A stretch of 64,000 bases of DNA from an uncultured Nitrososphaerales archaeon (GTDB lineage Archaea; Thermoproteota; Nitrososphaeria; Nitrososphaerales; Nitrososphaeraceae), in contig CAVPXM010000055.1 in the NCBI GenBank assembly GCA_963709405.1, positions 96,001 through 160,000 on the forward strand, written 5' to 3'. The position numbers and the translations under genes are program-made. This document shows, piece after piece, positions 43,154 through 54,005 of this stretch (the stretch's first letter is position 1; the number at the start of each line of letters is the position of its first letter). The notes under the pieces were generated by a model. It ran no database searches and had not been told where the DNA came from. It was given only the letters and a program-made list of their open reading frames with translations.

Positions 43154-44848
43154 ATGAGTACCGAATTAAGGGTCCATCCTTCGTTTTTTAGAGAGTTTGC
43201 GACTAAGACTTGGGTTTCGCCAAACGAGATAGTCAAAGAGCTCATAGAAAATGCATTTGATGAAGATGCAACTAAGGTTTTGCTCACTATCTTGGCTAAT
43301 GGATTTGTGGTCATAGAAGATGATGCAGGAATGGACGAGCTTGCTATGGAAAAATTCTTACTATTAGGTTCACCTCACAAAAGGGACGACCACATCTCTC
43401 CGAAGTTTAAGAGGATCAGGACAGGTAGATATGGGACTGGCAGATTATCATTTCTCACCTCATTTGAAAAGATGAAGATCAGGACAAAACATGAAGCCTT
43501 TGTGAAGTCGATAGTAATTGATGCTGGTACTCTTGATAAGCTATATAATGGAAATGTGGTACTGGATGAGGTCAGGGATGCCTCCTTGGGGAGGAATGGT
43601 ACAGAATTACTCCTCAGCGATCCGAAAGTTACGATAGATAGCAGTAAACTGATAAAAGAAATCAGAAAGCTTGCTATACTTCGACAGCCTATGTTTGAGG
43701 TCTATTTTAAGGTATCCGAAAACTATCAAGAATGGAATTTTCAAGGAGCGTTCGTCGTTAAACCACCTGAAATTCAGGGCCATAGAATTCCAGTTGATCT
43801 GGATGACGCTAGGATATCGGGTGAAATAGTTATAGCAAGAAGGCCATTGTCTGAAGACGAGAGAGGCATTGCGATAATGGTTGGAAGCCATACCGTAACT
43901 AGAAGCAACTTCGGATTCGATACTAAGCTAAATAGAGTGTCTGGCTATGTAAGGTGTGATTCATTGACATCTCGATTTGCTGATAAATCAGCATTGATAG
44001 AGGATGCTGAATACTCTAGGTTTAATGACATAATGAAGTCATTTGTACACTCGACTGTTCTGCCAGGTTTAAGCCAATATGAAGACGTGCTAATTACTCG
44101 CGAAGAATCAAGAATCTACAAGGAAATTGATAAGGTACTGGGACAAGCCTTAGTTGAGAGTACTGAAACCCACGAAGAAATCCAAGAATTGAGCACCGTA
44201 GATGTTACGGGGGTAACCGAATCCAATAAGTCTGACATATATGAAGGTAACCCTACCGAACTAGATCAGTCAGATACAGAGCCTGTGATCCGTGATACTT
44301 CACGAACCGATTTCGAGCAATCAACAACTGATATAGCTCGTCATAACTTAACTGGGCAGTTAAATAGATCTGCTATGCGTGAGGAAGATGAAAATAATAA
44401 TGCACTGCCATCGAACACTTCAGGAGGGGCCACCATTGTACCTAGTATTAGCAATCAAGCTGCGGTATACGGAATTGAATCATCAGATAATCGCGGAAGC
44501 GTTAATCTTGGAGAGGTCTCTGTCAAAACTAGGAAATTTCGCACACCTGTGGTCAAGAGAACCTTTGCTCTAAAGAAAGTGGGTTACAAGGTTATTCCAT
44601 ATGAAGATGGAAGTGATTCAAGGTATAGCTTTACTAGCGAGAACGTGGTATTCGTCAACAAAGCAAATTCTACATACAAAGCTGAGGCGAACAGAGGAGA
44701 TGAATTTCTCCTAAGACACATTATCAATATGGTGGCTGAAGCTGTAGCTCAAGCAAAACATCCAGAAGGTAAGGAAGCATTGGAATTGCAAAACCACCTT
44801 ATAGGAGAAGCCATTAGAATACATGATGGCTCGACGGTTAAAAAGTGA
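43154..44848 (+). CDS. GHKL (HATPase_c/MORC-like) ATP-binding protein
   Basis: VKELIENAFD, EDDAGM, GRYGTG and GTE motifs; long low-complexity acidic linker. Confidence 0.8.
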   Translation: MSTELRVHPSFFREFATKTWVSPNEIVKELIENAFDEDATKVLLTILANGFVVIEDDAGMDELAMEKFLLLGSPHKRDDHISPKFKRIRTGRYGTGRLSFLTSFEKMKIRTKHEAFVKSIVIDAGTLDKLYNGNVVLDEVRDASLGRNGTELLLSDPKVTIDSSKLIKEIRKLAILRQPMFEVYFKVSENYQEWNFQGAFVVKPPEIQGHRIPVDLDDARISGEIVIARRPLSEDERGIAIMVGSHTVTRSNFGFDTKLNRVSGYVRCDSLTSRFADKSALIEDAEYSRFNDIMKSFVHSTVLPGLSQYEDVLITREESRIYKEIDKVLGQALVESTETHEEIQELSTVDVTGVTESNKSDIYEGNPTELDQSDTEPVIRDTSRTDFEQSTTDIARHNLTGQLNRSAMREEDENNNALPSNTSGGATIVPSISNQAAVYGIESSDNRGSVNLGEVSVKTRKFRTPVVKRTFALKKVGYKVIPYEDGSDSRYSFTSENVVFVNKANSTYKAEANRGDEFLLRHIINMVAEAVAQAKHPEGKEALELQNHLIGEAIRIHDGSTVKK

Positions 44849-45012
44849 GAATCCTTTACACATTTTATCAATATTTCATTTTCTGTGTTAGAGATGAACA
44901 ACTCGATACGGCAATGCGAACACAACTATGGGCTAAACCTATAACGAGTTTATGGTAAAGGTCTAATAGAAACGACTAAATCTAACTGGTATAAGATATA
45001 TCATGAAAATAG

Positions 45013-45609
45013 ATGGCATTTCAATTTATGCCTGGTGCGACTGCGGTCGGAATCACTTTTTCTGAAGGAGTTGTGTTAGCGGCAGAAAAGCGTGTTTCAT
45101 ATGGAAATTTTGTGATAAATAAGAATACAAAGAAAACGTTCCCGATAACAGACTATGTTGGAGCTGCATGCGCTGGAATGATTGCGGACATGCAAGTATT
45201 GGTCAGGCAGGTTGGAGCTTTAGCGAAGATAAGAAAGCTTGAGACGAGACGCAATGTGGCCCCAAATTCTATTGCCAAACTAATGTCTGTGATAATGTTT
45301 GAGCGTAGATTTTTTCCGCTTTTAACTCAGGTCATCGTTGGCGGAATCAATGACAAACCCCGAATTTATACACTGGATCCTGTTGGCTCTGTTCTCCCAG
45401 ATGACTATGCGGCCGTTGGTACTGGAGCAGAAATGGCTCTGGGGGTACTAGACTCAGAATTCAAACAAAAAATGTCTCAGGATAAAGCCCGTGAATTAGC
45501 TGTCAAGGCGATCAAATCATCGATTCAAAGAGATTCGGCTAGCGGCGATGGGATAGACGTCCTTATCACGACTCACGATGGATATACCGAAGAAACTATG
45601 AGCTTCTAG
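45013..45609 (+). CDS. psmB: Proteasome beta subunit (probably non-catalytic)
   Basis: GVVLAAEKR, AGMIAD and RDSASGDG motifs; GATAVG instead of GTTTVG. Confidence 0.9.
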   Translation: MAFQFMPGATAVGITFSEGVVLAAEKRVSYGNFVINKNTKKTFPITDYVGAACAGMIADMQVLVRQVGALAKIRKLETRRNVAPNSIAKLMSVIMFERRFFPLLTQVIVGGINDKPRIYTLDPVGSVLPDDYAAVGTGAEMALGVLDSEFKQKMSQDKARELAVKAIKSSIQRDSASGDGIDVLITTHDGYTEETMSF

Positions 45610-45716
45610 ACTTGTTACTCGACAAGGTGGAAAGTCTTTATAATACTCTACAAGCGAGACTGTGGATTAATTAGAAAAAATAAATATGCATCAACCGAAC
45701 ATGTTATTGTTGAGCT

Positions 45717-45827
45717 ATGTCTGAACCCGTAAATGAAGAGGTAGAAGAAGAATTCGAAGATGACTTGGATGAAGATATCGACGAAGATATTGATGACGAA
45801 GGTACAGCCGTGGCCGATGGTAACTAG
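45717..45827 (+). CDS. Unannotated very acidic 36-aa peptide MSEPVNEEVEEEFEDDLDEDIDEDIDDEGTAVADGN
   Basis: Translated by hand; 19/36 Asp/Glu; A-rich TATA-like element about 30-40 bp upstream. Confidence 0.55.
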   Translation: MSEPVNEEVEEEFEDDLDEDIDEDIDDEGTAVADGN

Positions 45828-46203
45828 ACATTCAATAACACATTCGTCGTTCTGAAGATAACAACAAATTGGTTGCAGATGAAGTACTCAATGCATCTTT
45901 TAATAGCCATACCTCACGATAAAAAGCAAAACAACGTCAATGTTTATAATCACTTAGTATATCCCTGTACCTCGGGTCTTTATATGCAATATATTTAACG
46001 TATTCACCGTACGTCATATATAGAGCGCAGCTTTCACATCGAACAAAAGAAAAGTCGTCCGATAGTTCCGCCACCTTCTTACAATCAGGACAGTGAACCT
46101 TCAATGCCAATGGTTATGCATTAAACAATAATAAAATTCTATCTGAATACATCTATTGTAAACCCATCATGGAGCCTGTTTGACATAAAAGTTGCGGCAG
46201 TAT

Positions 46204-46365
46204 CTATAGAGCTTTAACCTGCTTTACTATAGGTTGACGCGATTTCCTAAAAACGCGAAAGCCACAGATACACTTAATTTCCGGTAATCTTGAGAGCTCT
46301 TCAACCGAAACTGACATGCCGCATCTCATACACTCATAGATTACGTCCCCAAGACTTTCAGCCAT
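46204..46365 (-). CDS. rpoP: DNA-directed RNA polymerase subunit Rpo12 (RpoP); missing from the ORF track
   Basis: MAESLGDVIYECMRCG...LPEIKCICGFRVFRKSRQPIVKQVKAL zinc-ribbon signature. Confidence 0.92.
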   Translation of the reverse strand: MAESLGDVIYECMRCGMSVSVEELSRLPEIKCICGFRVFRKSRQPIVKQVKAL

Positions 46366-46609
46366 TGAATTAATTAATAAAATAAACTAGATTTAAAGAT
46401 TATGAGTTTGAATTGTGAAGTGATTCGTAAATAACTGCATTTAGAAGTTATTTACTTTTATACGGTGTGCGAAAACGCCGTTGACCGACAAAGAATCAGC
46501 AGGAAATAAGCCAATGGTGATCCCCTTCTTGGTCGTGTCTGTATCTGCTCGCCTATAACCTCTAACACCAGGCAGAGTTTGGCAAGACATGGTATCCGGA
46601 AGCAGTTAA

Positions 46610-47845
46610 TTAGGGATTAGCCGGAGTTCGAGGTTGCCTCTTCTTTCGCGCTGACACAATGGAAAGGATGTCTCTGTCCTTTAGATGATAAGTAGTTGGT
46701 AATCTCAGGCCGTCTCGAACGTCTATGGCATAGAGCAAGCCTTTAGCTAACTCTGTATGAATATCCTCAGCTAGATCCTTTATTGTTGAGCCAGTTTTCA
46801 TCAAATATACATCCGGCAAAACATTACCGTACTTGTCAGACATCTTTGTTGGGTCTGCAACCGGATATATAGCGTTCATCCTCAATAGCTTGAACACCGC
46901 CACGTTTATTGCGAACTGAACGCCCGTCCTCATATATTCATTAAGTACATCTTTCCTTATGAAATTCAGAGCCCATTTTTGTTTGTCATTCAAACTTGAT
47001 TGATCCGTCATTTCGAACCGTTCGTCACCTGGTAGATACTTTATCAATCCACGATTCTGAGCACGACGCAACGTCAACTCAGCATCTGCGCTAGTAGGTA
47101 CTATTATCGAATCCTTATACTCTTCTCGCAACCTCCTAAAATTCTCAGTTGCTACTGGCAGGTCAACCTTGTTTGCTACTATGAGTGTAGGTTTTGAAAT
47201 TTCCCTCAAGCTCCAACAAAAATTTCTCCGATTTTCTGGATTGAAATCGTCAAATTTTACATTCAGCAAATCGTTCGCATGAAGGGCATATTTGACATGA
47301 TCCTCTCTAACACCAATCCCTCTAAAAATCTCCGTGATTGACGTGACCATATCATTGGATGAATTGATTGCCCTTGAAATCTTGTCATAATTTCCTTCGA
47401 GCAATTTCAGATACCACATTATTACTTCTTCTTCTATATCCGCAACATCGGCAACAGGGTCGCCTGTCCCAGGTTCAGCAATCTTGCCAGAGGCGTCAAT
47501 GCTCCCTGATGCATCTACTATATGTAGGAGGGCATCCGACTGAGCAGCTACAGACAAAAATTGATTTCCAAGGCCTTTACCTTCCCATGCACCTTTTATT
47601 AGTCCGGGCAAATCGACCAATTCTATAGGGATAAATCTCCATCCGTCAACACACCTTGAATTTCGTGGTGAATCAAGAACTCCTAGCTCTTTGTGGACAC
47701 ATAGTGTAATGGCGTTCGCATTACCCACATTAGGTTGCTTGGTTACAAAGGGGTAATTAGATATCTCAGCCGATCCCAGTGTAGCCGCGTTAAAAAAAGT
47801 CGTCTTGCCTGTATTAGTTTTACCAATCAGACCTATCTTTATCAT
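46610..47845 (-). CDS. ychF: Obg-family YchF-like translation-associated NTPase with TGS domain
   Basis: GKTNTGKTT, YPFVT, DLPGL...GLGNQFL and NKVD motifs. Confidence 0.9.
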   Translation of the reverse strand: MIKIGLIGKTNTGKTTFFNAATLGSAEISNYPFVTKQPNVGNANAITLCVHKELGVLDSPRNSRCVDGWRFIPIELVDLPGLIKGAWEGKGLGNQFLSVAAQSDALLHIVDASGSIDASGKIAEPGTGDPVADVADIEEEVIMWYLKLLEGNYDKISRAINSSNDMVTSITEIFRGIGVREDHVKYALHANDLLNVKFDDFNPENRRNFCWSLREISKPTLIVANKVDLPVATENFRRLREEYKDSIIVPTSADAELTLRRAQNRGLIKYLPGDERFEMTDQSSLNDKQKWALNFIRKDVLNEYMRTGVQFAINVAVFKLLRMNAIYPVADPTKMSDKYGNVLPDVYLMKTGSTIKDLAEDIHTELAKGLLYAIDVRDGLRLPTTYHLKDRDILSIVSARKKRQPRTPANP

Positions 47846-47914
47846 AAAACATTCGATTAACTAAAGTTTATAAATATATTCGTCAGGTTGCTATAGGTTA
47901 TCAGGATGACAAGA

Positions 47915-49598
47915 TCACTTTGCGGCTAAAGGAACTGTTATAGCTCCAATTGAAGCAGATTGGACCAAGGAAGCATACTTTGCGAGTGCCCCGAACTTAT
48001 AACGTGGCCGTATTGGCTTCCACGATTTCCTTCTTTTGATAATCTCTGCCGAGGTTAACCGTGTACTCAATTTTCCCTTCAAAATGTCTATTTCAATTAG
48101 GTCACCGTTTCTTATAAGCGCAATAGGTCCACCGACAAAAGCTTCTGGGCTTACATGTCCTACCATAAAACCTCTCGTTGCTCCTGAAAATCTTCCATCT
48201 GTAATCATTGCTACTTTTTCTCCCAAGCCTTGTCCTACAACGGCAGCCGTCACAGCAAGCATCTCTCTCATACCAGGTCCTCCCTTGGGTCCTTCATACC
48301 TTATAACGATGACATCGCCTTCAATGACTTTGTTCTTCGTCAAGGCTTCAAATGCGTCTTCTTCAGAATTAAAGACTTTCGCCTTGCCGACGAATCTTGT
48401 TTTGTGAATGCCTGCAATCTTTATTACGGCTCCTTCTGGTGCAAGGGTTCCTTTCAGAATTTTCAGGGTTCCCTCTTTATGGATAGGATTTTCGATGGGT
48501 TTCACCACTCTCTGGGAATCTACACCATCAAATTGGATCATTTTAATATTTTCGCTGATACTTTTGCCGGTTACCGTAATAGCTTCCCCATGTATCAATC
48601 CCGCTTTCAAAAGACTATTAGTCACAATCGGGATACCACCAATATCATCCAAATCTCTCATGACATACATTCCTCCCGGCCTCAGATCCGCAATATGTGG
48701 AACTTTTCGGCGTATTCTCTCGAAATCATCTAGACGTAACTTGATGCCAACCTCCTTTGACAATGCCAGCAGATGCAACACTGAATTAGTTGATCCACCA
48801 ATTGCATTCACGATTGCGATCGCATTCTCAAATGCTTCAAACGTCATGATATCCTTCGGTCTGAGGTTGTTCTCGATCAGGCGGTAAATTTGCTTACCTG
48901 CGTCATAACATAACCTTTGTTCTTAACTCACTTTCAGCAGGCGGAGACGAACTGCCTGGAAATGATATGCCTATTGCCTCGGCAACTGATGCCATTGTAT
49001 TTGCAGTGTACATTCCTGCACATGAACCTGCGGAAGGACAGGCAACATTTTCCAAGCTGAGAAGTTCTTCCGCAGTCATCTTGCCAGAATCATACATTCC
49101 CACGGCTTCATATACATCCTGAATAGTTACTTGTTTTCCATTCCAAGATCCGGGCAAAATAGTGCCTCCGTAGACAAAAATTGAGGGCAAATTTAATCTT
49201 GCCATGGCCATCATGGTGCCAGGCAGACTCTTGTCACAGCCTGAAATGCCAACTAATGCATCATATTGATGTGCACGCATCATAACTTCTATAGAGTCAG
49301 CAATGATTTCCCTACTAACAAGAGATGCCCTCATACCTTCATGACCCATCGCTATCCCATCAGAAACCGCTATTGTAGTGAACTCTCTCGGGGTACACCC
49401 ACCATCCTTTGCTCCCTGTTTTGCTACCTGTGCTAGTCGTCCTAAGTGGATGTTACATGGAGTAGCTTCATTGCAGGAAGAACAAATTGCGACCATGGGA
49501 CGGGCCAGGTCCTCATCTACCAGGCCCATAGCCTTGTACATTGCCCTGTGAGGTGCTCGGGAGAGCCCTTGAAGAACCGTTCGACTGGGTAAATCCAA
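47915..49598 (-). CDS. ilvD: Dihydroxy-acid dehydratase, split by a probable 1-bp insertion near 48912
   Basis: [15 protein letters not shown] and [10 protein letters not shown] in the 5' ORF; GGSTN, GPGMREM and TDGRFSG in the 3' ORF. Confidence 0.95.
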
Positions 49599-49663
49599 TT
49601 CAGATTGTATTTCTCTTTTGTATATTTTAAGATTCGTTGCCGAATACCAATTTTACAAGGATC

Positions 49664-49852
49664 TTATTCAAGCGTAGCGGTAATTTTGATAGCATCAAGC
49701 CCTTCTAGCTTAAAAATAGTCTCGCACATTCCACATTCGGCATTCCCACTGGAGAGGTCGTTAGCTGAAATTTCTTCATTCTGGTAGTCGCATTTGGGGC
49801 ATCGAAATGAAAAGGATATATCAAAATTATCAAGTTCTACTGTTTCGGTCAT
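49664..49852 (-). CDS. Small zinc-ribbon protein
   Basis: CPKC...CGMC. Confidence 0.6.
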   Translation of the reverse strand: MTETVELDNFDISFSFRCPKCDYQNEEISANDLSSGNAECGMCETIFKLEGLDAIKITATLE

Positions 49853-50037
49853 GGTATCTACTAGCATGAATATATTATATTTAAGATCTGCTGTGTGTTA
49901 ATTCGCGACCTGGCCTCACTTAATCTCAATAAAATAACCATGGTACTAGTATCATGCTACCAAACTTCGTTAATCTTATCTATTACACATCCTGAAATAA
50001 ATATATAATATATAATTAATTATCCGTAAATAGAATA

Positions 50038-50490
50038 TTGCATAAAACACCGTCGTGCCTTTTTTGTTCTATAATTCAAGGGAAGGCACCAGTAGCACTA
50101 GTGTATACGGATAATGAGTTCGTGGCACTAATGGACAAATATCCAGTAAATCATGGACACACACTATTGATACCCAAGGTACATTATAATGATCTTCTGT
50201 CTATGCCGTTAAATCAAATCGGTAGAATGTACTGCGTTGCCGCAAACTTAGCCAAGGCAATAGTTTCCTCGGTTAGGGCTGACGGGTTCAACCTCGGTCA
50301 GAATAATGGGCGTGCAGCAAATCAAATTGTCCCTCATGTTCACGTCCACATTATTCCTCGATATAACTATGATAGTCCTAACGGAAATTGGCCGTCTAGA
50401 AAAGTCGCATCACTCGCAGACCTTACCAAGATCGCTGAATCAATCAGAAATTCCATAGCCAAGCCATTAGCTTCTGGTTATCTTCAGTAA
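50038..50490 (+). CDS. HIT family hydrolase
   Basis: CLFC, GHTLLIPK and HVHVHIIPR motifs. Confidence 0.93.
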   Translation: MHKTPSCLFCSIIQGKAPVALVYTDNEFVALMDKYPVNHGHTLLIPKVHYNDLLSMPLNQIGRMYCVAANLAKAIVSSVRADGFNLGQNNGRAANQIVPHVHVHIIPRYNYDSPNGNWPSRKVASLADLTKIAESIRNSIAKPLASGYLQ

Positions 50491-50633
50491 GGATTAGTGA
50501 AGATCTTTTCGGCTCCCTAGCATGTTAATTCAATATTATGTGATTAAGCTTAGGCTTCCAGTCCATTCGATGTTCATTTGTTGTAAAAAAAAACCAAGTA
50601 GATTCCTTTTAAACTGTACTGTAAACATGTTTT

Positions 50634-50867
50634 ATGGTGGATTCAGTCCAGATAAACAGGAGTTCCAAGTATAACACGGTTGAATTAGTTTATTCCATGA
50701 TACAAAAGCACAGTGGAGAACTGACTTCGAAACTATTAGAAAAGGAAATTGGAAATAAATATGTAGTACATTACGCAATCACACGTTTGACAAAGGACGG
50801 TAGAATAAAAAGAGTGCGCGGATTCGGACCAAATCGAATAGAATTTTTTTACTTGGATATTGGATAA
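50634..50867 (+). CDS. Small winged-helix-like protein
   Basis: Helix-turn-helix pattern ending YAITRLTKDGRIKR followed by a beta-wing. Confidence 0.55.
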   Translation: MVDSVQINRSSKYNTVELVYSMIQKHSGELTSKLLEKEIGNKYVVHYAITRLTKDGRIKRVRGFGPNRIEFFYLDIG

Positions 50868-51002
50868 ATCTGTAGTTTGATCATGCGAACTACAAATATA
50901 GCATGATTCTCCAATTTATTGATTGCAAGACACAGAAAAAAAGGACTTGAGTTAAGGCCTTTCGTCATCTAAGTCCTAAAAGTGCCCTCATGATGTCCAG
51001 TT

Positions 51003-51188
51003 CTAGAATATTTCCTCATCTTTTCTTAGACCACCCAGACCAGTCTTTACCTGAGCAGAACATTCGAGGCAAATGCTTTCGGAAAATGGGAAGGTCTTCA
51101 GGCAATGTTTGCAAACTGGTCTTTTGCAACTAGGGCAAACCAGCGTGTACTTTCTAAGGTTACAAAGGTAACAAAGACTCATCATCAT
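51003..51188 (-). CDS. Small Cys-rich zinc-finger protein
   Basis: Four CxxC pairs. Confidence 0.55.
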   Translation of the reverse strand: MMMSLCYLCNLRKYTLVCPSCKRPVCKHCLKTFPFSESICLECSAQVKTGLGGLRKDEEIF

Positions 51189-51269
51189 AACTATATGGGG
51201 TAAATGGTGTAAAAGTTTATCGAATCGAATCAGAATACTAGCTGGCTAGTCGCTAATTAATAAATTACT

Positions 51270-51449
51270 CTACTCTTCAAAGACCCTCAAATCCTGATGC
51301 TTCTTAATTTTTTTTATGTAATGGTTCAGATAGCTTTTTGCTTCACGTTCTGTGTCGAACCGTGCTTCACCTCTAAATGATCCGTTTTCATCGATAAAGG
51401 ATACTGCAGACCATATCCCATTTTTTCCCATTTTCTTTACAACGAACAT
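51270..51449 (-). CDS. Unannotated 59-aa protein MFVVKKMGKNGIWSAVSFIDENGSFRGEARFDTEREAKSYL...
   Basis: Translated by hand; clean ATG-to-TAG ORF with natural beta-beta-alpha-like composition. Confidence 0.6.
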   Translation of the reverse strand: MFVVKKMGKNGIWSAVSFIDENGSFRGEARFDTEREAKSYLNHYIKKIKKHQDLRVFEE

Positions 51450-51615
51450 CTCTTAGTTATTGTAATTATTGAATTAAAAGATACTCAATTCATTCCCACG
51501 TTTCAGTACATGGTGACGTCTTAGTTTGTCACCATTTCAGATTTGTATGGACAGGCCTAATAATTAATGTGGTTACGGGCAGTATATCGCTATGTCAAAT
51601 AAGAATCTTAACGAA

Positions 51616-52005
51616 TTATTCAGTTACCAAATTCTTAAGCTGGGACATCTGAATCGGTTTTATCAGGACTTTTATATTCTTATCAGAAAAAAAGGTATCA
51701 TTTTTCATTTCTTGCCTGACTTTATCAAAAGCTGTTAAGATAATGATTTTCGCCTCAGAGTGGGCAGTGAGTATCACTTTTGCAGCTTGCAGCCCGTTTC
51801 TAATTCCAGGCAACTTGTAATCCATTATTAACAAATCGGGCTGATAAGAATTATAATCTACAAGGATTTCATCGGCGGTAGTCGAGGTGACCATGACTTC
51901 ACATCCCTTTTTTTCGAGATAATCCTTGTAAAGGATCAGTAAATCTTGCTCATCCTCAACTATCATAACTTTTCTTGGATCCGGAACCTTTTTTAACTTC
52001 TTCAT
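51616..52005 (-). CDS. Stand-alone response regulator receiver protein
   Basis: IVEDE, DLLIMDYKLP..NG, LTA and KP motifs. Confidence 0.92.
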   Translation of the reverse strand: MKKLKKVPDPRKVMIVEDEQDLLILYKDYLEKKGCEVMVTSTTADEILVDYNSYQPDLLIMDYKLPGIRNGLQAAKVILTAHSEAKIIILTAFDKVRQEMKNDTFFSDKNIKVLIKPIQMSQLKNLVTE

Positions 52006-52039
52006 AATTTTATGGATGTAATTTAGTATAAAATCTTGT

Positions 52040-53327
52040 TCAGTTTACAGTACTCTTGGCCCTAAACCTAAGTATTGCACCTATCTTACCCAGGCTAGCC
52101 ATTTGTGTTCCTTCCTCAGACCTACCAGATATAACTTCGATTTTGCTACCAGTCATTGTAGTCAGCTCTTCTAGATAATCAACAATATCTTGCTCACTTG
52201 TTTCGTAGTCTAAACCTTGACACGAGGGGCAGGGTGTAGAGATCAAATCCTGTTTTTCCGCAAAGACCTTACTTTTATCTATTATAATTTCCCTAGAATA
52301 GCCACATTTCTTGCATTTAGCTGATACACGTACAAGCGTGACGTCATCAGTAACGATTACCAAATCGACGGCTCCCTTTTGTAAGGCCTTTATAATATCA
52401 TTTAGTCCGTAAATACCGAGGCCGCTTTCAGAATGAACTTCACTCATAAATTTCTTCACCAGCTTCTTTTCCTCCATGAGTCTATATTCTGACATTATTC
52501 CTTGGTCATTTATTTTGTCCACGATCTCTCTCACGCCCTCATCGCCCGAATACGATGTATCTAAAGTTGAAATCACGTTGTTTCGTAGGCGGTAATCCAG
52601 ATATTCTTCCCTTAAAAAATTCTCCTTAGTAGGACCTGGCCCTCCTACGATGATCCCCTTAACTGCGTATTGGTCGATAAAGATGGTCTGTGCTCTATTT
52701 GCGACGCGATGATAGTACTCATTAAGTTCATTATCTCTCAGGCGTTCAAATCGTCTAGCAGACTGACCACCTTGTCTATGCTTTCCAGCAACCCCCGAAG
52801 TTAGCTCATCGACTGTTTCCCATCGATCACCTGTTAGGACACCCAGACCAGCTTCCTGTGTATCCAAAGCCAAGATAGCAATAACCCTATCGTCTCTTAA
52901 CATGTCCTTTAGATGATCAATCCAAAAATGATCATCACATCTGTACAACTGAATTTGTACCGGCTTAGGAGGAATCACTGGAAAAATCTCTATTTTTTCA
53001 GTCCCCAGGCCCTTCCCAGTGGAAAGAGCGCCACAAAAAATGACTAATCCATTTTCTGGTGTAGTTTTGTATAGCTTTAGATACTCAATCGTTCTGCTCA
53101 ATGCATCCTGCACGTGTGTCCTTGTCAGATCAGATTTGATATTTGACGCTGTACCAGATTCATCTCGGAGTTGGGATATAACTTCAAAGATAGGCCGACG
53201 TGGAGGTATATAGACAGTTACGAGCTCGGTACCATGACCACTAATCTTCGATAGCTCATTTAGCATTTTCTTTCAGCTTGTACCTCTTCACCGAGTCCCA
53301 CTTTGTCTCTGCAGTCTCTTTACTCAT
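52040..53327 (-). CDS. prf1: Archaeal peptide chain release factor aRF1; N-terminus (ATG 53327) in another frame, indel near 53272
   Basis: TASNIKS, YRCDDHF and GGQSARRF motifs; the upstream MSKETAETKWDSVKRYKL segment fits the N-terminus. Confidence 0.95.
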
Positions 53328-53447
53328 TAATAATTGCGATAACAAAATTCTACACGTAAGCAATATAAGGCTATCAAGTAAGCAGAAACGCATTTTTGAA
53401 TGCGCACTCAAGATTATAAGGTAATATATTGCATAAGCAAACATGAG

Positions 53448-54005
53448 ATGATGCTTCCTAGACTAGAATACATCAAGCAACTGAGGACTAGACTGGGAAT
53501 AACGCAGCGGAAGCTCGCCACTCACGCAGGTATTAGTGCATCGATGATTAATCAGATTGAAACCGGAAGATGCAAGCCTAGCTATGAGACCGCGAAAAAA
53601 ATCTTTGAATTCCTAAATTCACTTGAGGGGCAGTCCTCTATGAAAGCCGCTGATATCTGCAGTAGGACATTAATATCCGTTCAGAAAAACGAATCGATCC
53701 ACGCGGCGATTAGCAAGATGAGAGGTCATTCAATAAGCCAGCTTCCCGTCTTTGAGGATGGAATAGTGGTAGGAATATTGAGTGAAGATCGGCTTGCGAA
53801 GACTATTGCTGAAGGTAACAACAAGAACCTTAGTGATATGTCGATTGCCTCTGTTATGGAACCTCCACCGCCGATCGTTGATATATCCACTCCAGCAAAA
53901 GCCTTGATTCCTCTCGTCAGGTTTTCAAAATGCGTATTGGTAAGTGAGACCGGGAATGTAATCGGCGTAATCACCTTAACGGATACACTAAAAATGGTGG
54001 AGTAG
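53448..54005 (+). CDS. XRE-HTH transcriptional regulator with CBS domains
   Basis: GITQRKLA..AGISASMINQIETG HTH; ISQLPV CBS motif. Confidence 0.9.
   Translation: MMLPRLEYIKQLRTRLGITQRKLATHAGISASMINQIETGRCKPSYETAKKIFEFLNSLEGQSSMKAADICSRTLISVQKNESIHAAISKMRGHSISQLPVFEDGIVVGILSEDRLAKTIAEGNNKNLSDMSIASVMEPPPPIVDISTPAKALIPLVRFSKCVLVSETGNVIGVITLTDTLKMVE

Noticed and set aside
46462-46600. Hairpins between rpoP and ychF as a possible ncRNA
   Set aside because: No recognisable C/D, H/ACA, SRP or RNase P motifs, and the stems are short.
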